Source of the DNA: Psammoneis japonica
Lineage: Eukaryota
Direction: 5' to 3'
Assembly: GCA_008632985.1 (NCBI GenBank)
Contig: QPGO01000080.1
Coordinates: 186,001-250,000 of the forward strand
DNA: 64,000 nt
Shown: positions 24,901 through 36,353 of the stretch, in pieces
How the letters are laid out: every line of letters begins with the position of its first letter
How positions within the stretch are numbered: position 1 is the first letter of the stretch
The notes under the pieces: model-generated
Seen by the model: the letters and a program-made list of their open reading frames with translations, nothing else
The model's database searches: none
What the model was told of the DNA's origin: nothing
Position numbers and translations under genes: made by a program

Positions 24901-25677
24901 TCTGCTGAGAAGATTTGCACATTGATGTCATTGTGGTGTGGGTGGACAAAGGTTTTGCTGCACTTGGTAAAATCCCATTCCCATTCCACAGCATGGAACA
25001 AACACTTTGGCAGCTCCAGTTTGTGACCAGCAGCATCAAGCAAATCACACCAAAGTTGGTTGTCCGGTTGGAAGGAGAAGGATGATTCAAATGCGGAAGG
25101 CTGAGGATTTGTGCAAAAGTTGTTGACCTGTTTGGATGTGTCATCTACATGTCGTTGATTGTGCACCCTGATGGAGAACTGACTGTCAGGTGTTTTGAAA
25201 AAGGATCCAACAGCTTGCTCATCAAAGATGTCAAATGGGTGGCTGCACAATGTGTTCAAGTGCCACGGGGAATTTTCACTGCCTTGACCGGTGCCACAAG
25301 GAGGGTGCTCATCTGAATCAGAACAACTCTGTTGAGCCAATCTCAACAGGGTCCAAAGCCAGCACCAAGCGTGGTGCAGCATGGACATGTTCACCTTGAC
25401 TGCTTGAGAGTTCATGCCGTCACTCCGGGAGCATGGTCCTGTGATGGCGGGCATGTTCCTGTCATGACAGGAGATGCAATCATCGTCACTCATCAGCAGC
25501 GTCTTTCATGAAGCTCTGGATGTTTCCAACATCAAATTTTCAAGAAACACTGGAGTCTGGGCAGACAAGAAGGAACGGCACCAGCAAATGCCTGGATTGT
25601 ACATTCAACACGTCTTCATGTGCTGGGCCAATTCTCTTCATTTTACACTCGTGATGATTTGAAAATCTGCCTCACAA

Positions 25678-25859
25678 CGAATAAATCTCGATGCAACGAA
25701 AGAACAAGCACGACACCTTAAGTCTAAACAGAAAGCAGTGACACTGTCAATGCGAACCTAAACCTGGTTAGATTGTGAGCGTGTCGCTGCAGCACCACTC
25801 GATCCATGTGTCTCAACCAATCACCAATTGTGACATGGCCCTCCATCCAGATTTACTCG
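25678..25859 (-). repeat. 3' LTR (182 bp, CG...CG termini)
   Basis: Terminal inverted repeat CGAATAAAT / ATTTACTCG (8 of 9 match). Confidence 0.92.
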
Positions 25860-28800
25860 GTCCCTGCGAAACGGCAATGACAATGCCGATTCGTCTAAAC
25901 ATGTAACATCCTCTCACAGAAAGGCAAACCACAAGAACCCAAATTAAACCACCAGATGTGCTGGCTTGGGAGGCCACGACACGTGGGCGCGAACCACAGG
26001 TGCCTGGCCTTGGTGTCGGGACATCACCAAAAAATGCACGAGCAAAGCTTCCATCGCCGCTCTCCTGCAACCACCTTCGCAAGCAGATCGGCCAAGTTTG
26101 TTTCTGCATCCTCCTTGCCAACACGAATGATTCCCGCTGCGACCGCTTCTCGTGCAACATGGCAGTTGATGGCATCATGCTTCTTGTGCAAAACCGACTC
26201 GGGTGCACTTGCATTCTTTGCAACACCGCGATTGTCACAAAAGATGCTTGCCGGTCCTTCAAGGGGAACCCCAAACATACGAAGCTTGTAATGCAAAGCA
26301 ACAATCAATTCCTCACAAATCCGCATCGCAACCAATTCACTTCCAAACGTTGCCGATTCCACCGTGTTCTGCCGCTTGCTGAACCACACCACTGGCGCGT
26401 TGTTGACGAACATCAGAATCCCGCTGTGCAACCTGTGAGTGACAACATTCCCTGCATGGTTAGCGTCAACAAATGCATGGATGTTTGCCGGATTACCACG
26501 AGGCTTCGGTGCCCGTGGCGGCAGTTCCTCCTTGACGTCCCCGTAAAACTCGGTCCAGTCTGCGTTCGAATTGAAAATAGATTCATCAATCACCGGTTCC
26601 TTTGGATCAAATCCGATGCGTCCGACGTTCTGGTGTTTCTTCATGTGCGCAAATACATGGTGCAATGCCTCAAGATGTCCTTTCCTCAGATTAGCTTGAC
26701 ATTGAGATAGGATTGAAACCTCATGCAAGATGTCGATGTGACCCAACTCGATCGCCCAACGACAAATCCCCATCAGCTGTAAATGCCTGTCCACCAAGTC
26801 GGGGCCTGACTCGTCCGTCACGTCCAGTTCCGGTTTGCATTTCGGGGGCAGTGGATCCTTTGCACTGTTCTTCAGAACCTCTCCGTTGCCGTCTTCATCC
26901 AACAGGCCTTCCACAGTCTTAATCGCCGATTTAACATATGACCTCGGTGAACTCGCCCAGATTGTGCGCCCATCCTGAGTCTGAACCTTCTCAACGTTAG
27001 CTCCAAGACAAACTTCTGGTTCTCCTTCGCTGCCGGGCTTCACGGTGTAGTGTTCACCTGTTGCAGCAACAACAGACTTCCCTTGATGGGAAATGATTGG
27101 CACATCATCGACACAAACCAAAAGCATTTCACAATGCTCATGCCCATCCTCACGAGTCGCTGCACGCAAGCAGACATCTGGGTCCACTCTCGTCAATTCG
27201 AAGCCTGAGTCACGTAAGACCGATGACAGTGCAGACCTCCAAGAGCATCCCGAGCTCTTTAAGCCATGTGACACCCGAGTGACAACAAGTGCCTTTCCTT
27301 CGTACTCGCCGCATTCCTTTCCGCCTTCAAACCATGTCTTTTCTGCGCACGGTGCATTGAGACAAGCATTCTCCAGATCAATCGCCGTAATGTCGACACC
27401 ATTCAAGGCTGCTGACAAGAATCCAAGTCACACACTGTCTCTGGAAACCACGCTAGAGTGAGTGATCGATGCCGGGGCCTCTGTCGTGTGTCCGCCAGCT
27501 ACAAACCTTGCCTTTCTGGTGAAATCCATTTTAATGTCGAATGCCATGTGGCACCTGATCTCCTGACAACCACGCAAAGTTGCACTCTTGCCTTCCCGGA
27601 TGACTTGAGGGGTTTCAGCTTCGTGCTCACGCCACGCCACCTTCACCTTTGCCATCTCCTTGTTGATTGCACGAGCCCAATGGTCTGTCCCCATCTCCTG
27701 ATCAATCCGCAAAGCATCCTCCGTGGACTTGGGTGATCGGATCCCAAACTTGTGAGTCGTGCGCCAGCACTTCTTCTTGATCGTCACTCCTCTCATGGTC
27801 CTGTGTCTCGTGCAAGACAGAATGCTGGTTGCCCTTGCTGTCGACCTGAGCAAACATGTTCTCGGCAATGACATTGGCTGTGTGCTTGTCTGTGGTTCCG
27901 TCGGCATGTTCCACTTCGTATTCGCGAGTGTCAAACAATGGGTTTTGATGCCGAGTCCCAATTGGACGCCCATCCTGTCCTCTTGCACGTTTCGTCACAA
28001 CACCACGTCGCTCGCCGTCGGCTCCGATGTCAAACATAAGTTCCATTCCCAGGCATTGATCGATTGCCTGCTCATCGTCGTCTGGTCGCTCGTTGGGTGA
28101 CAGCATGTTGCCATGTTCCTCGTCCTCTGGCGTGATGCCGCCCTCATGTTCCACACCGAGGTTGCCGTCAATTGCAAGATCGTCCAACACGAATGCGGGC
28201 ACAGCTTCATTGCCTTTTAAGACAAAGTTGGCATCGTCCAATCGCTTCTCCAGCTGCTCATTAAAGTTGTCGACCTTAACGCGAATGTCCGGTTGTGCCA
28301 CATCAGCCTGTGTCATGTGCTCGACCGATGTTTTGGAGACAATCTTCCCACTTTCCGCAACAATCCAACAGCACATGTCCAAGCCAACTTTGTGTGAGAT
28401 GCCAAGCCACCGTCCAAGCCTTCGAGGATTGTCAGTTGCACTCAGCTTGTTGGGCCTGTCCCACCACCATGCCACATCGTAGAAACCAAAATCCAAATGC
28501 TTGCCTGTCTCTGGTGTCTGCCCAGTGACCTCTTCACATCCAGTCCTCTTGTCCCTGCCTCTTGCCATGCGCGACACTAATTCCGACTCGCAAACAAGAC
28601 CAAAATCCCATGATTGCTTTGGTGCCTTCTTCTTTGTCATCTGCAGCCGCCAACGTTTGGCTGAGAAACCAATTTCGTGCTCCGCTGCCTGGTTCTGGTT
28701 CTTCCGACCCTGCTCTGATGTTCTCAATTGTGTTCTCATGCGTCGTGCATGTCTCACAAATTCGGTGCTCCTTCCTGTGAACTCTCCTGCCCCGTCCGAC

Positions 28801-31800
28801 ACAAGACATTCTGGTGCACCCACGTCGTCTGTGAATTCAACAAGAGACAAACCTGCCTCCGACCCAGCGGTCATTGGCACAACCTTCACGAATTTGCCCT
28901 GAGTGTAAACATTGGCACACGTGTTGCCGAGTAAAGACTTCACCTTGGACATCAATGTGTCCACAAACCATGTTCCTTTCAGACGCTTCTGATGCAAGTC
29001 AAGATGATCCACCCTCACTCTTCGTGACATCGGCTGGGTCGCCGTTCGTGCACCGCGCTGAGTTGTTACATTGAGAGCATCTTTTGCCGTTTCTAAACCG
29101 ACACTCCATTTTCGGGCCAGCTCTTCAGCGTCAACCTTCGAGTGCCGATCCTTGCTGTGCAAATCTTTGACTGCCCTCTGCCTCTTGTCCACGTCGTCGC
29201 GACATGCACAAGCCACGTTCACTGAGCTGATGAGCCTGTCGCAAAACGATTGAAGTTGACAGATGGGAGACATGGACGGTGGTTGCATTTCGACCTCGCC
29301 CCAGCGTGCTGCTTGGGACTTTGCCTTCTCGCTCCTCAACTCCAAGACCTGTTCTTGTCACATGCCAGAGGTTGATGATCGAATGGTGCACATCTCCGCC
29401 TGCTCTCTAGCACGCTCCGGCAAGCCCATGTCTGTCTGTGCTGGATCCCATGCGTCACCTGTCAACAGCACAACCGGCAAGTTCTGTACTTCCCAATCCG
29501 TTGGAACACGAGACTTGAAAGACACAATTGTCCCCGTGGTGTTGAAAGGGATGAAAGCTTTGTCAGCTTCAATGCCAAATCCGTTTCGGGTGTCGCAAGG
29601 GTTGTCGTGTGCGGGCATGTTGTGCGCACGGAGTTGGTTAGGATTCAAAAGTGAGTGTTCCATGTCGGTCCCAAACCAGAGCATTTGATCACCAACCAGC
29701 AAATGTTCATGAGTCGTTTCCAGATCTGTCCATGCGGTGCAACAACGTGCCACAGGAATCTGTTTGATCGGCTCACAAGAGTCCAGAAATGGACGCACCT
29801 CGCACACTTCATTTGTCATCTCCATGAGCTTCCAGTTCGCCCCAGCGCAACAAGTGTCCGCGTGAGTGTCACATTCATTTCGAGCAACAAACCCAGGTGT
29901 CATCAAATTTGTCATCTGTGCAGAACTCGTCGATCGGATCACACATTTTGATGTCACGGCAATGTGCCTCTTTGTCGCCTTTCCTTTGAAGCGAGACATT
30001 GGGTGGGGTTTGGTCAACAGCAAGAAGAGCAACACAAGCAAAAACGACAAGTGTGCCAAATGCGCCAATGCTCCAGTGGCTGTTGCCACCCCAAGGAGTC
30101 AGGTGGAACCATTGTAGGCTCCCCGACTGAAGGCGCGTCCATTGCATCCACCGCGATCCCGGTCAGCGCCGCGACCACGCCCGCCACTCCTTTGCTCCTG
30201 ATCCTGTTGTTGGGTTTGGCCTTGGCCATCTTGATAGACTTGGGCTTCAGCTGCATGCCTGCCACCCCCATCGCGTCCTTGTTGACCTGCGGGAGGCCCA
30301 CGGCCACCACCGCGTCCATGACCCATTCGTTCGCGAGCTTGGAACACGCAGCTCATGCCTCCATTGTGCTGTAACTTTTCCCATTCTTGAGCGCTAAAGC
30401 TCCTTGCAGGGTCGGATGCATTGACTCCATTGATCATCGTAGTGTGGTCGCCACCTCCACCTTGACGGCCACCACCGCGTCCGCGTCCACCCCCACGTCC
30501 AAATCTTCTTCCACGACTGCGACCTCGATAAAAACCGCGGCCACTGCCGCCACCACGGCTCATTTCAGAAATCTTGCGCTTCGAGCAACGCCAGGCTTCC
30601 AACTGAGCACCTGCCTGCATGCAAACAAGAGACTTTGGATGAGAAACAAGCACATGCCCCCGCGAAGTCACGAGGGTGCTGACTGCCAATGACAGCCGTT
30701 GCTGCAATGAGATGAGTGTCATCCGTTCGGATCCCTTTTAGAAGAATGTCAACTTTCTGTTGTTCAGATTTGCGGTCGTCCGGTGATTTGTTCAAAGTGG
30801 CGAAAGCACTGGCAAGTTTCTCATTGAACTTTTCGAATGGGAGCGATCCTTCCTTTTTGTGAAACAAGGTTTCAATGGTTGCCGCAGCCAGATGGATGCG
30901 CTTGCTCAACTCGCCCTGTCCATTGCAATGGTCAACCCGTGCATTGAATGCTCCACGTCCGTCTTCTGTCGTGCCAAACGGTTCAATCCATGCCCATCCT
31001 GCCGTGTTGACCAAGCATTCCTTCAACACACGGCAAACGCTGCGGTTGTCCTCGTCATGTGTGGTGCCATTCAATGGCATCTGGCACGTGCGCTGTTGTT
31101 GAGCATCCGTGAATGCAGCCGGAGCTGGCATTGTCCTTACAACACAGCGAAGAGGTTCTTTCAACACGCCAAATTTCTGTGCCAAGAGATTCAAGAAAGC
31201 ATCTTTGCACACATCGAAGTCATCGGGCTCAAACTTTACGAGACTGCTTGCCGACGCGTCCGAATCCGTGCGCTCCTTTTCGACACGCCTGCCATTCCGG
31301 GCCGCAGCCACAGCTGCTACATTGAAGTCTGCCGCAACCAATGGCTGATTCCGTTTGAGCAAATCCTGGCACCACCACACTAGTGCCTGTAAGTTCTTGA
31401 TCTGAATGGTCCCAAGAGTCACACGTCCGTCGGCCACCGTGCGATGAGACGCCCTCTGCGCCACATCTTCCACATCATGATCACTCTCCATCACTGCAAT
31501 GTTTTCCAAAGTCGCGAACCCTTCATAGAAGACCAACCTCGCCCTTGCGTTCTGGTCAGCAACACCACAAACTTGCAAAACTGCGTCAACGTCAGCTGCC
31601 GCGGCTGACGCCGCAAGTGCTGCTGCTGGTGCTGCCACTGCTGCCATCCTGTGATAGAGAAAGGGTGCAAAGGTCCCGCACCGGGAACACACAGCTGTGA
31701 GTCTGCATGGTCATGATGGCTGCACTTTCTCTGTGTTGTGATGATGGGTTCACACAGCCACCCGACATCAGGGTGATCAGTCCTGTGTCATTCATGTCAA

Positions 31801-32092
31801 CCGACATTGTTGAGCACACGCTTGGGCATGTCGCCCAATGCCGCAGTCCCTTCACACCCATTGCATGTGTGAGGACAGTGACTGTCTTTGCAAGCATTGC
31901 CATTGCAAGCTGTTTTTGTGGACATTGCAATGAGCGACACAAGACGCATCATCGTGCACATCAATCCGAATTCTGACGCATCCCACAGTTCAGCACCGTT
32001 TCTACAGCTGCACGTTCCATGCAAACAACACAACAAACAATCGTCCATGACGAATTGCACTCGAAACCATTTCGCTCTGTCTTTTTCGTCTT

Positions 32093-32105
32093 GGCTCTGA
32101 CAAAG
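32093..32105 (-). promoter_or_regulatory. Probable primer-binding site related to the tRNAi-Met type
   Basis: The minus strand reads CTTTGTCAGAGCC right after the 5' LTR; compare canonical TGGTATCAGAGCC with TA->TG. Confidence 0.6.
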
Positions 32106-32287
32106 CGAACAAATCTCGATGCAACGAAAGAACAAGCACGACACCTTAAGTCTAAATAGAAAGCAGCAACACTGTCAATGCGAACCTAAACCTGGTTAGA
32201 TTGTGAGCGTGTCGCTGCAGCACCACTCGATCCATGTGTCTCAACCAATCACCAATTGTGACACAGCCCTCCATCCAGATTTACTCG
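32106..32287 (-). repeat. 5' LTR (182 bp, CG...CG termini)
   Basis: Matches 25678-25859 except at 4 sites (6 nt). Confidence 0.92.
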
Positions 32288-34928
32288 ATGAATGTGAGCA
32301 GCTCATGGTTGGTGGATTCTGTTGTTGCCTGGCTCCTTGAACATCATGACGTTCACTGTGTCTTTCAAACGGTCATTCAAATGGCTCCACTTCAAAGTGC
32401 AATTGATTGAGTTGAGATGAATCGTGAACAATGTTTGCTGAACTTGATCCAAGTGTGCTTTCTTCGTAGATGGAATTTTTTGGGAATTGTGGTCTTTTGT
32501 GTGAGAATGTGGAGTGTGCAACACCTTCCAGTTTCCCAAATGCAAGCCAGATTTCAGTGAGGTGGAAGTGGATTCCAACCATGTTTTTAATTTGGAGAGA
32601 AAGGAGGAGGATGACAGACTGTTTCTCACTGTGGGTGGTGCATGTCTGTGGAGATGCTGGATGAGTAGAGAGGTTGCAAGATTCAATTGACTGGTCTCGT
32701 GTTCCCCATCTAGAATGAGCACTGCCATGATTGCATCACCTTCATGCCCCAGGTCAACTGACAAAGGAGGCACAGTTGGTGGGGTGCCGTGGGCCTGGCC
32801 AAAGCAACATTGATTCCTGGCTTGGAGTGCTGCAGCAACATCTTCTGGGGTGTCGACTGTCATCCAGTTGTCGCAAGTCTTTGGGTTCTCTGTCAGGTTT
32901 GCAGGTGCTTGAATTGACCAAACACTTGCATCCTTGCTCTTCCTGCAAGTGTTGATCTTCCTGAAAACTCTCTTTGTTTCTTCTGCGCAGTGCAACTTTC
33001 AAAGGATTTTTGCTTGGGCCTTGGATGATTCAGTGCCTTCAAGTTTCAATTTGGCAATGCGCGCATCTTGCTCTGCATCTCAATGTTTCTGGCTCTCCTC
33101 AGCAACCTGGTGGCATTCCAACTGGATGTGCCGCAAGGCAGCAGAACACTCTTGAATCATTGTTGGGAGGAGAAAGGATGTGGTTAAATTACATTTTACT
33201 CACAGAATGGAAGGGACCACATTCTTGTGATTTTGGAAGGTGGGCATCATCCATGACAACACGAAGACCTCTTTTCTGAGATTGGCCAGCTTGACAGACC
33301 ACTCTGGTTCCTTGCATTGTTGGCATTGCTTGGCTGTGGACAAGGATGACTGCAACATGTTGCAGTCCAATCTCTCTGCAAGACGATGGTTTGGGATGTC
33401 AGATTGAGACAGTGCTTTGGTTCGAGTTGGGACATTCCAACTGGTTGTCAGATGGTCCATGGCCTTGAGACATGCAGCACTTTCCCTGGGTGAGGATGCT
33501 TGAAGATCTTGGAATTGAAATCTTGGTAAAGCAACAGAAGGGCTTCCAAAGAGAGCAGCTGTGTCAAAGTCCACAAAACAAGCTCAATGATCCAATGACA
33601 TTCTGTGTCCAAAAGCTTTGCACCCACAGAAGCAAACGGCAGCTAGAGTGCCTGGGGTTGCCAAGACACAGTCATGATGTCTGGAGCCACGGCCGTGTGT
33701 CAAAAAGTTGAGATCATCATGTTGATGGCACACAACATCTGACAAATTAAATCATCAAGCCATCAAAGCAAGAGAGTTGGCATCATTGTGAAAGTCTGCA
33801 TTGAAATCACCAACAAGCATGACTTCATGGTTTGGCTCGTCTGGGAATCTTTCCAGAGTGCGGGTCAATTCAGTGCAAAAAGCTCTGCAAGGATCTGGGT
33901 TCACTCCACCTTGTTGGCAAAGTAAAGCCACTTGTTGGGTGCAGGCAGTTGTCTTGCCTGCAAGAGATGAAGAATTGGTGCACACCTGGCAACACAATGC
34001 AAACATGACCTGTCGGCCATGTTTTCCATCAAAAATCTGCATTGACCAGCATCCCAGTGGATCTTCATGTTGAGTGAGACATCTCACAGAACAAAGAGAC
34101 TTGTGTGACATTGTTGCTGTGCCACCGGGTTTGCATGTTGTGGCAAATGGAGTCTTGGATGACAAGCAAGTGAGTCTTCCATGATGCAATGTTTGTTTCA
34201 CAGCCACAAAGCAACTGTGGCAGACTCAAAATTGAGCAGTGTCTGGACATGTTTCAGAAATTTTGATGACGTTGGCCTGGATTTCAGAGGCCGCTTGAGC
34301 ACAATCATTGAAGTCACCGCCTTGTTGGTCAAACGAACAGCCGTTTGCATCAAAGGCACACAAGTGTGTGTGTTCTGGGTGTTTGGGAAGGAGTGGATTG
34401 CTGACAGGGTGGTTTGATGACAGTTTGGAATGGTTGATGGCACGGGAGGGCTGCACATGACTGCATCCTGACAATGACTGACTCCACTGCTGAGCAGCAG
34501 GGTTGTCTGCAGGCAAAGGGGAATCACCCCCCATTTGGAGGCCATGCTTCCTCAAGAGAAGGCTTGAAGGGAGGACTCTTGTCTGCATTGTGGAAAACAG
34601 GCAGGGTTGACGACTGGGAAAATGGGCAGGGTTGATGACTGGGTCTGCCTTGCAGAAAATCCAAATCATCGGCGTCCGCCATGGAAGTGTCTTTGGGAGG
34701 ATTGTGCATGGAAGAACCAGCCAGAGCAGACTGAGTGGGCTTTTTATGGCGAGGAGAAGTGGGAGCACTCAGAGCTGTTGAAGCAAAGGTCTCTTGAATC
34801 ATCATCTGCAACTGAGCAGCAAGAGCATTCTGCAACTGGGCAGCAAGGGTTGCAATGGATTCCTGCCATTTCTTTTCTAGGTCAGCAATGCGCTTCTCCT
34901 GGTCCTGCTGAGTTTTAAGAACAAGTTG

Positions 34929-36314
34929 TCATAATTCAGCAATTTCTGTTGATTGGTTAGACACGTCTGAGACAGGGACTGCTCCAGGGACAACTGCTCC
35001 GGGTGCATTTTTTAAAACTTGGGAATGCGTCAGAAAGCTGCCATGGACTCCTGCACTTCGCAGTGCAGAAACAGCTTCTGATGCTTTGGACTTGGGAGGT
35101 GCTGTAGAACTGGTTGGAGAAATGTCAGAGATGTCTGACAACACCCAGCTCTGGATGCTTGCAGAAGAGATGGATTGGACAGTGTCAGACATGTCATCAC
35201 TGATCCTGGCAATCATGGGTTGGGGTTGATTGGCTGGGACACCAGCATCCACAGCCATTTCATTCAGCCATTCCGGAAGATGTTCGGAAATTAGATGCTT
35301 GGCTTGATGGAAGCAGCTCTTGTCAACTAAAACATTGTGTCTTGGGACCACGGTGAGTTTCTTGAATGGCACAACATTGATCACTCCGGTGACCTGTTTG
35401 ATCACATCAGACAAATAAAATGCAATTGCTTCCGCATGGTGGAGGACCGGGATGACATGGGTCATGGCACTCATTTTGCATTGTTTGCGCACTGCTTTGT
35501 TGAATGCAACTGGTTGATTGTGACGCCAGTGAGACAAGATGATTGAAAGAGGGTGCATCCTCAGGACTTCCAATGGGGCATGTGTCACAGTTTTGGCACT
35601 GTCTTGGGGAGTTTCGATGGCATGAAAATTGGTGCATGCAGAGTTGTCATTCGGTGATGATGCCAACTGTGCAATCAACCTGAAGAGCATTTTGGTGCAA
35701 CTGTGGGGAGGAAGTAGAGCCATCAAACATTTTTGAGCTGCATCCTCAGGGCAATGCTTTGGCACAAGATCCACAAGCAAAGCAACGCAAGTGACATCAA
35801 CAATGGTCTCATCCAGCTCGTGATGGCACATGCAGACGCCATTGTCTTTCAAAGCTTTGTTGATGAAGGGGATGTTCCAGACATTGGTGACAGAAAGGGA
35901 TGTGCAGATGCAGTGGGCAACAACAAATGTTGGTGAGTGGTGGCGAGAACCACCAATGCAATGCACAGCAAAGTGCTGAGAATGAGCAAGACCGGAAGTC
36001 CACTCAACCAAGTTGATTTTGGGAATTTTTAATCCATGGTTGGACACAACAGTCATCTTGTTCATCAAAGGATCTTGGGAAGCTTTCTGTTGGAGTGCAT
36101 TGAGGATGGTGGTGTGACCCATTGCCAACACGGTAGATGCGTCATCAGTGGAAGAGGCAAGTTCAAAACAAGTGGCAACTTCCTTTGGTGCAGAGCTGTT
36201 GGGTTTTCCAGATCTGGCTCTGGTTGGAGTTGATGGAGTGGCATCTTTGGCAGGAAGAGGATCCGGCTGAGCATCACCGGCAGGGCTGGCCTGCAGCAGC
36301 AGGGGGGTTGTCAT
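34929..36314 (-). pseudogene. LINE ORF1-like protein, Tyr-depleted
   Basis: Long ORF directly upstream of the APE domain; probable start MTTPLLL at 36314; the upstream part of the called ORF reads through a neighbouring LTR. Confidence 0.6.
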
Positions 36315-36353
36315 GGTGGCGGGTTTTCGGCACAAAATTTGCATGGAATTCCA

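Larger units (their letters stand above)
25678..32287 (-). mobile_element. Full-length Ty1/copia (CoDi-type) element with 182-bp LTRs, inactivated by point changes, frameshifts and an internal deletion
   Basis: Direct repeats 25678-25859 and 32106-32287. Domain order: gag (30565-31692), RGG region, protease ECDTHADTCCAG, integrase LVSDGAGEF, RT KARFVAGGH / CVDD, RNase H VDANHAG...ESATFGSE...NLADLLAK. Confidence 0.95.
21916..36353 (-). mobile_element. Degenerate non-LTR retrotransposon (Ambal-like LINE: ORF1; ORF2 with APE endonuclease, RT, RNase H, CCHC), interrupted by a copia insertion
   Basis: APE: VMLVGDFNA (33755-34207). RT: MMFKEPGNNRIH...HI(Y)EAD split by the insertion, CGTGQGS, HVDD (24627-25493). 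RNase H: GSDGSV..FGW...HAEARG, WVQGHQD near 23150. C-terminal CLCC..EDRDHILCCP. Ends are approximate. Confidence 0.85.
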
